Below are positions 51,186-64,000 of a DNA stretch of 64,000 nt, piece after piece. The translations under genes and the position numbers were made by a program. The stretch's first letter is position 1. Every line of letters begins with the position of its first letter. This DNA comes from Octopus vulgaris (taxonomy: Eukaryota), in assembly GCA_951406725.2 (NCBI GenBank), contig OX597825.1, positions 81,778,001 to 81,842,000 of the forward strand. The letters run 5' to 3'. The notes below the pieces were generated by a model. The model was not told where the DNA came from and did no database searches. It saw nothing but the letters and a program-made list of their open reading frames with translations.

Positions 51186-53329
51186 AATTAGGGTATCTAC
51201 AAGATACCACCATGCTGAAAATAGCAGCCAAAACCACCTAAATTGTTCACTCACTGATTAACCCCAATTGATTAGGGGACGAAAGACAAGATGAAACTAG
51301 TAAAAAATTACTGGATAATTCTAGATCCCGGATTTCTGGCTTTGCATTTATGAATGCTTTGCCTCGTCACCTTTGAAGGTTATTTTTTCCATGCTGACCA
51401 CTTGATAAAATCGTTATTTTATTTTTAAATTAATGATTTTATCCTTATTTATATGTGTGTGTATATATATATATACATATCTACCTATGTATGTGTGTAT
51501 GTGTGTGTGTGTATGTGTCTATGTATGTGTATACTGTTCAATTCTTTTATTCTTTTACTTGTTTCAGTCATTTGACCGGGGCCATGCTGGAGCAGCGCCT
51601 TTAGTTGAACAAATCAACCCTAGGATTTATTCTTTGTAAGCCTAGTACTTATTCTATCAGTTTCTTTTGCTGAACTGTTAAGTTACAGGGGTGGGGGTTG
51701 TAAACACTCCAACATCAGTAGTCAAGCGATGGTGTGAGGGGAGGACAAACACAGACACACACATATATACACACACACATATATATGATGGGCTTCTTTC
51801 AGTTTCCATCTTCTAAATCCACTCACAAGGCTTTGGTTGGCCCAAGGCTATAAAAAGACAACACTTGTCCAAGGTGCCATGCAGTGGGACTGAACCCGGA
51901 ACCATGTGGTTGGTAAGCAAGCTAATGACCACACAGCCATGCTTGTGTGTTTGTATGTATAATATGTATGTGTATCTATGTATGTATGTATGAGTGGGTA
52001 TGTATCATCATTATCATCATCGTCTTTTAACATCCGCTTTCCTTGCTGGCATGGGTTGGACACTTTGACTGAGGATTGCTGAGCCAGAAGGCTGCTGAAC
52101 CAGGCTCAAGTTGATCAGGGATGGGGGGGGTTTCAACATCAGTAGTCAAGCGATGCCCTGTCCTAACAGACACACACATATATACACACACACAGGGTGT
52201 AGTGGGTGCTTTTATGTGCCACTGGCACGAGGGCCAGTCAGGTGGTTCTGGCAATGACCACACTCAAAAGTGGTGTTTTTTACGTGTTACCTGTACAGGA
52301 GCCAGTCCAATGGCACTGGCACACGACCACGCTCGAATGTTTTGTTTTTCATGTATGCCAGAGTTTCAACAGCTGGATGTTTCAACCGGATGCCTCTCCT
52401 AACGCCAACCACTCCCTGGGTGTAGTGGGTGCTTTTATGTGCCACTGGCACGAGGGCCAGTCAGGTGGTTCTGGCAATGACCACACTCAAAAGTGGTGTT
52501 TTTTACGTGTTACCTGTACAGGAGCCAGTCCAATGGCACTGGCAACGACCACGCTCGAATGTTTTGTTTTTCATGTGCCGATAAGGCGATGCTGGCAACA
52601 ATCACACTCAAATGGTGCCTTTAGCATTGAAACTGGCCATATCCAGCACAAGTATTCTACCTGTTTCATGTACAGACTAACCGGATCCAGCCTCTCACAC
52701 CTACCCTACAATGTCACTCTAAAAATATACAATCCCATCATCAAAATCTTGAAGTAATGAGATAACACATGATTAATTCATAATGATGTGAATTAACGAG
52801 CATTATATTTGACAGGGTAATCTGAATGTTAAAGGGTTATACATATGTGGCTCTGTGTGTGTGTGTTGTCTTAACATCACATGGCAGCTGTAAACGAGTG
52901 TCACCATCACGCAAGCAGTGTCCTTCATCTCCAATCTTCTCTGTTGTAAACATGTCTAGTCATGGAGAAATGTAACTTTGCTTAGAAAGAGGTGAAAGGT
53001 TGGCGACAGGAAAGGCATCCAGCTGTAGAAAATCTGCCTCAATCAATTCAGTGCAACCGATGGAAAAGTGGATGTTATGATGATGATGGTGGTGTGACAA
53101 TGATGATGATGATGATGACGATGATAGTGGTGGTGGTGGTGATGGTGGTGGTGATGGTGGTGATGATGGTGGTGGTGGTAGTGATAGTGATGATGGTGGT
53201 GGTAGCAGTGATGATGATGATGGTGGTGATGATGGTGATGATGGTGGTTATGGTGATGATGATGATAGAATCCAGTTATATTTAAGCAGCTATTTTGCAA
53301 CACTGTCAACAGCTGATGTCAAGGTCTAC

Positions 53330-53359
53330 CATAATGACAAATGATATATAATCCGCCAT
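53330..53359 (-). CDS. Speculative first coding exon (MADYISFVIM)
   Basis: CATAATGGCG start context and a phase-0 donor ATG|GTAGAC compatible with the 43547 acceptor; short enough to arise by chance. Confidence 0.2.
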
Positions 53360-54095
53360 TATGAAGTGATAACGGATTGTTTAAAGGATTAAATTATGTT
53401 CTCTGACAATCGAGTTGAACCATTGAAAGAGTTAGGGTTACACACGATAGCCATTACAACAACAACAACAACAACCCACACTGCCAGGAGTTGTGGAATG
53501 TGGAACAGTTGAAAGCTTAATGAAGGCACCAACATGGCTGTGTGGTTAAGAAGTTTGGTTTCCAACCATGTGGTTCTGGGTTCAGTTCCATAAAGGGGCA
53601 TCTTGGGCCAGTCTCTTTCACTGTAGATCCAGGCTCTCCAAAACCTTGCAAGATCTGGTAGGTGTGGTGGCGTGGTAAGAGGTTTGATTCTCAATCTAAT
53701 CACAAAGTTCTGGGTTGGTGGGGCCCCACTTTTACATAATGCTCAATGGATACAGGAAATGACAAAGATAAACATTAGTGTTTCAGGTATCCTGTTTCAA
53801 TTAAGCAGAAAATGGGGAATGGAAGGTGTGTGGCGTGTGATCTCCATTTTTTATTTACTTCAAATTCTTATATACATATATACATATATGGTTGTGATAC
53901 CTGTGCCAGTGGCACGTAAAAGCACCCACTACACTCACGGAGTGGTTGGCGTTAGGAAGGGCATCCAGCTGTAGAAACACTGCCAGATCAGACTGGAGCC
54001 TGGTGCAGCCTCCTGGCATCCCAGACGCCGGTCGAACGGTCCAACCCATGCTAGCATGGAAAACGGATGTTAAACGATGATGATGTTGATGATGA

Positions 54096-54171
<76 letters not shown>

Positions 54172-55200
54172 GAGATAGAATTTACTTGCAAAAGGATGCA
54201 TGACGCTTGATCATATAATAATATAAATAATATATATAGATATTCATATATACATATATATATATATGTACATACCTACATATATTTGTATATATACATG
54301 CATATATGGGTACAGGACATCAAAAAACGTAGACCGAATGAGAAACGAGAACATAAAAAGCAAAACCGCAGGGTAGATAAAACAGGGGACAACTGATGAA
54401 GGGAATGTCCTTTATGTTGCCTATCTTCTTTCTCTGTTTTTTTTTTTTTGCTTGAAAAAAAGTTTTTCTTCTATGTTTTTGTTTTTATGCTTTCATTTCT
54501 CAGCGTGTCTACGTTTTTTTTTTTTGATGTCCTGTACCCATATATGCATGTATATATACATATATGTAGGTATGTACATATATGTATGGAAGCACTCCGT
54601 CGGTTACGACGACGAGGGTTCCGGTTGATCCGAATCAACAGAGCAGCCTGCTCGTGAAATTAACATGTAAGTGGCTGAGCACTCCACAGACTCGTGTACC
54701 CTTAACGTAGTTCTCGGGGATATTCAGCGTGACACAGAGAGTGACAAGGCCAGCCCTTTGAAATACAAGTACAACAGAAACAGGAAGTAAGAGTGAGAGA
54801 AAGTTGTGGTGAAAGAGTACAGCAGGGTTCGCCACCATCTCCTGCCGGAGCCTCATGGAGCTTTTAGGTGTTTTCGCTCAATAAACACTCACAACGCCCA
54901 GTCTGGGAATCGAAACAGCGATCCTACGACCACGAGTCCGCTGCCCTAACCACTGGGCCATTGCGCCTCCACACATATATGTATATATGCATATATTTAT
55001 ATATTATCTATCTATATATATATAAACATATATATATATACATATATATATATGTGTTTGTATGTATGTATATATATGCTAACATCAAATAGTGAGAATG
55101 AATGGCCAACACCACATTGGTAGATAAATGTTGCTTACTTGTTGCAAATATCTATTAACATTACAAATACGCAATTCAAATACATTATGTGTGTGTATGG

Positions 55201-55238
<38 letters not shown>

Positions 55239-55700
55239 ACACCTTTTTATCTATATATAACTATACATGTCTATATGTGCGTATGTCTAAAAATGAAAGC
55301 AGTACTGTTTTCACCCTCACCATTCTGAAAGCTTCACCTAGTTTTCTGCATGAATACCAAATTCTTCAGTAAAGCCATCCCACTACAGAATTAACTATTC
55401 TGGAAACTGTCCAAGATTCTCCTAGTTTATTATTTTCTGAGAAATAATGTTATTTATTTCACAAACATTTCTTCCATTCCTGTACAGGGTGGAAATAGTT
55501 CAAACGAATTTAGGTCTTTGAAACCAAGGAATATCTATCAGACCTAGGTTCGTTAGTTTTAGGCACAGCCATGGCTGTGTGGTAAGAAGCTTGCTTCCCA
55601 ACCACGTGATACTGGGTTCAGTTCCACTGTGTGGCACCTTCGTCAACTGTTTTATACTGACCAAAGCCTTGTGAGTGGATTTGGCAGATATATATATATA

Positions 55701-55773
55701 GCCGAAATAGCTCAGTTAGGAGAGCGTTAGACTGAAGATCTAAAGGTCCCTGGTTCAATCCCAGGTTTCGGCA
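55701..55773 (+). tRNA. tRNA-Phe (GAA)
   Basis: GCCGAAATAGCTCAGTTAGGAGAGCGTTAGACTGAAGATCTAAAGGTCCCTGGTTCAATCCCAGGTTTCGGCA: full cloverleaf, anticodon loop CTGAAGA, nearly identical to the metazoan tRNA-Phe consensus; D-loop G18 replaced by A. Confidence 0.93.
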
Positions 55774-55800
55774 TCCGGTGGCTGGTTTGCCTAATTTATA

Positions 55801-55962
55801 GGTGCAGGTGTGGCTGTGTGGTAAGTAGCTTGCTTACCAACCACATGGTTTCGGGTTCAGTCCCACTGCGTGGCACCTTGGGCAACTGTCTTCTACTATA
55901 GCCTCGGGCCGACCAAAGCCTTGTGAGTGGATTTGGTAGACGGAAACTGAAAGAAGCCCATC
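55801..55962 (+). mobile_element. tRNA-derived SINE (family C, CORE-like ggcaccttgggcaa)
   Basis: tggctgtgtggtaag...ggttcagtccc head; copies at 22900-23052, 28600-28735, 46388-46552, 48878-49025, 51785-51942 and 55560-55690. Confidence 0.8.
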
Positions 55963-57441
55963 ATATATATGTATATGTATATATATATGTGTGTGTGTGT
56001 GTTTGCATATCTGTTTGTCCCTCCAACATTGCTTGACAACCGATGCTGGTGTGTTTACGTCCCCGAAACTTAGCAGTTTGGCAAAAGAGCCCGATAGAAT
56101 AAGTACTAGGCTTACAAAGAATAATTCCTGGGGTCGATTTGCTCGACTACAGGTGGTGCTCCAGCATGGCCACAGTCAAATGACTGAAACAAGTAAAAGA
56201 GTAAAGATATCATCATCATCATCATCGTTTAATGTCCGCTTTCCTTGCTAGCATGGGTTGGACGGTTCGACTGGGGATCTGGGAAGCCAGAAGGCTGCAC
56301 CAGGCTCCGGTCTTATCTGGCAATGTTTCTACAGCTGGATGCCCTTCCTAATGCCAACTACTCCGTGAGTGTAGTGGGTGCTCTTTACGTGCCACCTGCA
56401 CTGGTGCCAGGCGAGGCTGGCATTGGCCACGGTCGGATTGGTGCATTTTACGTGCCACCTGCACGGAAGCCAGTTCAGGCGGCACTGGCTTCGGCCACGA
56501 TATATATATATAATAAAAATATGAGTTAGAAGTTATGCAGCTGTCTACGGGATAAATGTATCCATAGGCTCTCTGCTGGTGTATTACCTCACTATGAATA
56601 GTCCTAGCTAGTATACGGTATAAAGTAAATGGTTCTGAACTACAATTAAACTCTGACCTTTTCAGACCAATCATCAACTTCTCATTGGTTATTATTGATC
56701 CATTTCTTTTCTTTTATATAAATATATCATCATCATCATCATCATCATCATCGTTTAACATTCGCTTTCCATGCTAGCATGGGTTGGACGATTTGGCTGA
56801 GGACTGGTGAACCAGATGGCCACACCGGACTCCAATCTGATCTGGCAGAGTTTGTACAGCCCTACCTAATGCCAACCGCTCAAGAGTGTAATGGGTGCTT
56901 TTACAAGCCACTGGGACGAGGGCCAGTCAGGTGGTACTGGCAATGGCCACGCTCACATGGTGTTTTTACGTGTCACCTGCACAGGGGCCAGTCCAGTGGC
57001 ACTGACAATGCCCTCACTCGAATGTTATTTTTCTCGAGGATATGTATGTGTGTGGTTGTGTCTTTGCGTTTGTGTTTGTCCTCCCACCACTGCTTGATCA
57101 CTGGCGTGGGTGTGTTTACATCCCTTTAACTTAGCAGTTCAGCAAAACAGAATGAAGGAATAAGTGCCAGGCTAAAAAAAAAAAAAGAAAAAGAACTGGA
57201 GTTGATTCCTTTGGCTGAAAATTCAAGGCGGTGCCCCAGCATGGCCGCAGACTGAAAAAAGTAAAACACAAAATCTTCATCATCAATTCAATGCCCATGT
57301 TCCATCCAGCCATGGGTTGTATGATTCGACAGGATCCAATATTTCCAAGGACTACATCCAGCTCCAGTATCTGCTATGGCATGGTAGGATGCTCTTACTA
57401 GGAACGTTTCAGCAATGTATGTACACACACACATACACACG

Positions 57442-57665
57442 TGAGGGGATATTAAATAGCCCCTGTCTTTAAAGGTATTGCAAAAGGCCAGGTGGGAGGC
57501 CCGACATTCCGAGTTATTTTACAGGGCTTAGAAAAACTGAAGGACCATTGCAATAAGCGCATGAATCTGAGAGGGGAATAAAATATGATTTTATAAAAAA
57601 TGATAATTAACTGATCCTCCTGTGTTTTCTTTTACCCAAAGGCCAGGAACTTTTCGGCAAACCCT
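57442..57665 (+). mobile_element. Decayed mariner-type MITE
   Basis: YFTGLEKLKDHCNKRMNLRGE (transposase C-terminus) and a TIR-like end ccaggaacttttcggcaaaccct. Confidence 0.5.
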
Positions 57666-58347
57666 TAAATGGTAACAAAAGGGTTAAAATTCCTGTGTCC
57701 ATCAAACAGTAAGGGGGAAAGCTTTTTGGTAATGCGTTGGATATAAGAATGCTATTTTTGGAAAGAAAACAACCACTGAAGACAGGGTGATGGTGGTGGT
57801 GACGGTGGTAGTGGTGGTGGTGGCTGAAGTGGTATTGTTAGTACTGGTTATAGTGGCAGTAGTGATTCTAATCATAAAGGTAGTGATGACAGCAACCGAG
57901 GTGAGGGTGCTGGTGGTGGTGGTGGTGGTGGTAGCAGTTATGATAGTAATGCCAGTAGAAATGGTTCTAACAGTAGTAAATGGTGGTGGTGGTGGTGGTG
58001 ACAGTACCAACAATAACATGGTGTGTCAGCCATTTGTTCTCCTTTCTTTCTCTCTCTCTCTCTCTTTCTTTCCCTCTCACCTCTCCACTTCTCAACTATT
58101 TTTTTTTTCAAAGTAAAGTCATTGACGTCATAACAAACGGTAGGCAGGCTGGCCGACCGGCGGCTCTGCTGGCTGGCTGCTAGGTCAAAGAAACCTTCAA
58201 GCTGTTTATCTGTGGAATGCCAGACTATATATACATATGCACTGTCAGTCACTCTGACAGTTATCTATTATTATTATCATTATTATTTTGAAAAGAAAAT
58301 AGATTTATATATGTGTGTATATATATTTATATATATATATATATTGG

Positions 58348-58392
<45 letters not shown>

Positions 58393-58516
58393 AATGTGTG
58401 TGTGTGTGTGTGTAAGTATGTATACATTCATTTTCACTTAATGCCCATGTTCCATGCTGGCATGTGTTCGATACACACACACACACATGCATGCACACAC
58501 ACACACACACACACAT

Positions 58517-58547
<31 letters not shown>

Positions 58548-60456
58548 TGCAGAATTGATGTACAAACATCAAACAGTAAACCCATGGTAATTAAGAGCAC
58601 AATTAATAACACACAAACACACACACACACACACATACACATGCATACATTTACTTTGATACATGTGTGTGTATTTACATATATATATGTGTGTGTGTGT
58701 GTGTATATATGTGTGTGCGTATGTATATATATATATATATGAGAAAGAGAGAGAGATAGACATAGAGAGATTGATATACATATATACATACACACACACA
58801 CCCATACATACATGCACATCTCTCTCTCTCACCATTGCTCTCCATATCTTACTCTCCGACTAACCCACTTACTCTCTAACTTTCCTTTCTCTTCCAATGG
58901 GGGTATCCCCCGTATCTGTTCTACAGCAATACACCTGTCTCTGTCCCTCCATACCTTTTCTCTCCCAACAGGCACAAAGCCACCACCCACCTCAGTATTA
59001 CTCCTCTGTCCCCAGTTGAGGGGTTTCCTTCTCTCTTGCAAGGTACTTGGTGACCCTATCAATGCTGGTGCCATGTAAAAGCACCCAGTACCCTCTGTAA
59101 ATTGGTTGGTGTTAGGAAGGGGCATCAAGCTGTAGAAACCAAGCCAAAGCAGGTAACAGAACCTGGAGTGGCCCCAGGCCTTGCCAGCCCCTATCAGCAG
59201 CCCAACCCATGCCAGTATGGAAAACTGATCTTAAATGATGATGATGATACTGAAGAACTGACATACTTCTCAAAGAAAACTATGAGGGTGAGTCAAAAAG
59301 TAATGCCATTTTGTTTAGGACAGGAACATGTATCATACATCAAAATGAATCTGGTCCTCAGTGGATCACATCCCTGCTTCTCAACATAGTCACTGTTTCT
59401 CTTAATAGCAATGTTCTACCTTTGAATGAGAGCGTGTATCCCTGCCCCGTAAAATTCTGTTGACTGTTCTTTGAGCCTCTGCTTCACTACAGTTTTCACT
59501 TCCTCGTCACTGGAATAATGTTTGCCTCGCAAACCTTCTTTCATGGGGCCGAAGAGATGATAGTCCAGTGATGAGGAAGTGAAAACTGTAGTGAAGAAGA
59601 GGCTCAAAGAACGGTCAACAGAATTTGTCTTGCATTAATCTGGCATTATCTTGCAACTTTGAGATTTTAGTGAAGTGATTGCTTATTTTTAGAATGACAG
59701 TGTAGGTTTGGTGTGAGGTGCCAGATCTGGCCAGTTTGGACATAAAACGTAGAGTATTTGGACTGGATATGGCTGGTTGAGCTGCTAAAGAGTTAATCTC
59801 TCAACACTAAAGAGCTGGCCCTACATTATTAGCCCCTTCTCTCTCTCTCGATCAAGAGGGCTCTTTAAGTCTTGCAATTTACAAAACAACCTCATTAGTG
59901 CTGGTACCACAAAGGAAGGACCAGGACACTCTGCAGAGTGGTCATTGCTAGGGAGAGCATCCAGCCACAGGAAACCTACCAAACACCAAGACATCATCAT
60001 CATCATCATCGTTTAATGTCCGCTTTCCATGCTAGCATGGGTTGGACGATGTGACTGAGGGCTGGCGAACCAGATGGCTGCGCCAGGCTTCAATCTTGAT
60101 TTGGCAGTGTTTCTACAGCTGGATGCCCTTCCTAATGCCAACCACTCCGAGAGAGTAGTGGGTGCGTTTTACGTGCCACCGGCATAACACACTCATCTCA
60201 TTTGAGATGAAACAAAATGAGGTCCTTCAATCTCTTGATGGTGATGATGATGATGATGGCATTCGGATTTTTTTTCCTGCCACAAAACAAACATTAAAAG
60301 GATGACCTTTTTTCCCGCAATGCCTTGCATTTACAACTTGTTTTCTCTCAAGACTTACCACAGAACTTCATTGAAATCTTCTTCAACTTCTGGACTTTTA
60401 AACAACTAATTATCTTTTTTGCATGTATGTTGAAGAAATCAATACAAGCATGACAT

Positions 60457-60495
<39 letters not shown>

Positions 60496-62077
60496 TGGAG
60501 TGGGTGAGGATACGTGTGTGTGTGAGAGAGAGACTAGGTGTATATGAGAGAGAAAGAGAGCATGTGTTGTATTCTGTGTGTGTGCATTGTGTGTGTGTTG
60601 TGTGTGTGTGTGTGTAGGTTTGTGCAAGTAAAAAGAACATATTTGAAAATGTGTCAGCATTATCAAACTAGTTGATCTATTTAGATACACTTTGTTCACA
60701 TGTTTGTTTGTTTTACATCTGTGCTTCCATGCTGGCATGAGTCAGAAGGAGACTTCTTTGAAGCAGTACTTCAAGGCTGGAGCCACTCCTCGTCACCAAC
60801 GGTCCCCCCCCCCAGATTTACAAGTAAAGGATTTTTTTTAACTCACTGGATGTCACATGCAGATAGACATATGCAAATGAGATGAGTGTGTTGTGGAGTT
60901 ATACTGGCTAGAATGCCTTGTGGTGTTCATTCCAGTTCTCTACTCAGTATTAAAATCCCACAAAGGTTTAACACTCAGATCCCAGATACAAAGCTTCCTC
61001 TTTAGGGCTTCAAAATGCTTTTGATAAGAACAGATGTGAACCTTAACAAAACACAACCTTTATTGTATTCTATATACATTCTGAGTGTCTACACCCCAAA
61101 AGCTTTTCTCAAAGGCCCAGCCCAAGGAAGGATTTTTTGTAGGGGTCCAGCAGTTACCCATGCAAGCGCTGACACAGTTTTTAGCATCAATGTTAAAATA
61201 ACTGCTGTCATCAGAACACAAAGAATTGGAACATCCTCATCATCATCGTTTAACGTCCGCTTTCCATGCTAGCATGGGTTAGATGATTTTGACTGAGGGC
61301 TGGCGAACCAGATGGCTGCACCAGGCTCCAATCTTGATTTGGCAGAGTTTCTACAGCTGGATGCCCTTCCTAACACCAACCACTCCGAGAGTGTAGTGGG
61401 TGCTTTTTACATGCCACCAGCACAGAGGTCAGTCAGGCGGTACTGGCAACGACCTCAATACCACAAAAGTATTGGTCTAGCACTTGAACAATTCCAATAA
61501 TTTACTGCCTTATGAAGACAAAGTTGTTTTTTTTAACAGGTTTTGAGCTCAAAGCATAGACAGGGATTATGAAGAAAAACAAACACGAGATGGTGACCTC
61601 AGTCGTGCCATTGGCATGAAAGAAAAGCACCCAGTGCATGTTATAAAGAGGTTGACATTAGGGAGGGCATCTAACCATAGAAAACAAGCCAAAGATGACA
61701 GTGGGGCTGGATGCAGCCCTGTCACTTGCTGGCTCCTGTCAAACCACCCAAACCATGCCAGCATGGAAAAACAAATATTGATGATGATGATGATGATGAT
61801 GAAGCTCATGATGATGGTGACGATGGTGATAATCAATATGATGATGACCATGATGATGATGATGATGGTAATGATGATGATGATGATGATGTGGTGGCAA
61901 TGATGATGATGATGATGATGATGATGAAGATGATGATGGTGAAGATGAAGATGATGATGATGATCTTATGCAACTCTCTAACCACTGTGCCAAGTCACCA
62001 ACTTCACATGTTTAACCTATATTCCTGGAAGTGTTTACTGTCCACAGATCTGGGACAGTGCAGCAGCTGCTGTACAA

Positions 62078-62113
<36 letters not shown>

Positions 62114-63077
62114 TCATTCATTCATTCTAATTTAGATCACGTATAAAATATAAAAGAAATGTCATTCGAATGCCTGGTAAACTTTCACTCCCCCATCGCA
62201 TCACCATCTCACTAGTCAACCCATAAATGGACTGTTTTCCTTTCTCTGCCTCAGCTACCATTGCCACAAAAGATCCTGCTACCACTGAGCAATAAATTAC
62301 AAAAACCACCCTTGCTCAAATCCACTCAAAAGACCAGCTCTGAAATTACTCAGCTCTTCTTTTCCCTGTCTCCTCCAACACTACAACAGTTCCTGAGTAG
62401 CAACCCCAGGAAAAAAAACTATGCTTGCCCATATCCACTCAGTACAGACAACAAAACAAGTGTGTGTTGTCAGTTGTGAAGGAATACGGCAGCCTAGTGG
62501 TTACACTGTTGCCCTCCCATTTACAGGATTGTGGTTTCAATTCTCGGACTAGGCTGTGTGGTGTTTCCTTGAACAAAATTCTTCATTTCATGCTGTTCCA
62601 GTCCACTCAGCTGTAAAAATGAGGAACCTTATTTGTGTCCCCTTCAAGGAAAACATGATCTCGGTCATTTGTACATTATGGGAACTGAGTATCAGGCACT
62701 ATGAGCCCCAGTAACTGAGACAGTCAATGTCCAGTTGAGTCAGTACCTCTTGGACTTCTCCGGATCCACTTACTAAATATATTGGCATCAAATTTTGGCA
62801 CAAGGCCAGAAACTTTAAGGAAGGGCTAAAACCGATTATATCAACCCCAGTACATAACTGGTACTTATTTTATGGACCTCCAAAAAGATGAAAGGCAAAG
62901 TCGACCCCGGTAGAATTTGAACTCAGAATGTATAGACAAATGGAATGCCACTACGCATTTAGCCTGGCATGCTCACGATTCTGCTGGTTTGTTGCCCTTC
63001 ACTTACTAAATATATTGGAATGGCCCAGCTGGAACAATATAAACAAAACGACCAAGCAAGGAAAGACCTTTGCAAGA

Positions 63078-63240
63078 CTCTCAGCTCATTTGCATATATC
63101 TTCACAACATACCCAGCTCATTTGCATATATCTACCCAACACACTCAGCTCATTTGCATATATCTACCCAACACACTCAACTCATTTGCATATATCTACC
63201 CAACACACTCAGCTCATTTGTATATATTTTTACAACACAT
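63078..63240 (+). repeat. 32-bp minisatellite, 5 copies, containing the octamer ATTTGCAT
   Basis: Unit ctcagctcatttgcatatatctacccaacaca; ATTTGCAT at 63088, 63120, 63152 and 63184, variant at 63216. Confidence 0.9.
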
Positions 63241-63414
63241 GAAAATACATGTTCTACCATAATCAGAATACTGGAATCACCAAAGTTTCAGTAGGAATTA
63301 TTCAGGAAAAAGTAGGCATTAGGATCAAAATTAGTTTACGGGACCCAGAGTGATTTCTGTTTTGAGACATTTTGGGGGAGAAAAAAGTGCTTCAAATATG
63401 TCACCAAATACAGT

Positions 63415-63770
63415 AGTCCCTTAACATTATAAGCTATTCTTTAAAATGAACCTTTATTCATATTGTGTTACTTCTGTAGTAAACCCTAATTTTCATAGCT
63501 GTTCCCTTAGATCTTAATTCATATTATTCGGTAAACCTTGAATAAAACTAAATTCACATAGCTATTCCCTTAAACAGAAGAATTTCCCTTTATATGGTAC
63601 TTCCATAAATAAACCTTAATTCACATTGCAAATCCCTTAAATAAACCTTAATGAACATTATAAGTCCCTTAGATAAACATTAACCCACATTGCAAATTCC
63701 CTTTAAAAAATCCTTAAAGCACATTGCAAGTCCTTTAAATAATAAATAAGCCTTAATTCACATTACACAA
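63415..63770 (+). repeat. Degenerate minisatellite, unit about 33 bp
   Basis: Recurrent taaaccttaattcacattgcaa.tcccttaa. Confidence 0.7.
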
Positions 63771-64000
63771 GGGGTCAATAAAGTCACATGACTTTTACAA
63801 CTCCAGCCTGAACTAAGTGGAAAACAAACTCGTTAAAGGTGAAACGAGATATTCGTCAATTAGTTAACAAAGTTTGTTATTTGCAAGTAAAACTATATTT
63901 GTAAATTTTGGATTGGTTAATATTTTTAGAATGTGATGTAATAAGGCACAGTCTTTCATCAGGGCCGTTGGTGTGTACAAGAAGTTTATTTTGGTCTTTT

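Noticed and set aside
54385-54425. CTGATGA followed by a short stem (also 1535-1570 and 45300-45340 with GAAAC but no intact CUGANGA)
   Set aside because: Only half of the hammerhead core is present; at most decayed relics
55335-55425. ESWTVS, resembling the CCPG1 WTVI LIR
   Set aside because: That frame hits a stop before the donor, and position 4 of the motif is not hydrophobic

Overview
AT-rich, microsatellite-dense eukaryotic DNA whose repeat content (tRNA-derived SINEs, RTE tails, Nin/Deu-domain SINE) points to a coleoid cephalopod, most likely Octopus (inference). Almost all ORF-track entries are microsatellite artefacts. One real multi-exon gene was reconstructed by hand on the minus strand: 9 GT-AG exons with consistent phases from 43547 to 14516, about 1084 aa, 5' end not securely found. 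It encodes a CCPG1/PBXIP1-like single-pass protein with an acidic N-terminus carrying LIR/FIR-like motifs, one TM helix, a coiled coil and an ERxxxRxxLWxRLY motif. One tRNA-Phe(GAA) lies at 55701-55773. Introns and flanks hold SINEs, RTE, CR1 and R4/Dong-like LINE ends, mariner and TTAA-flanked MITEs, and a Helitron. The most notable signal is a set of minimal type-I hammerhead ribozyme motifs with palindromic stem III, carried by at least three short, often inverted, Penelope-like repeat families. Several of these are in the sense orientation of the gene's pre-mRNA. All assignments were made by eye, without database searches.
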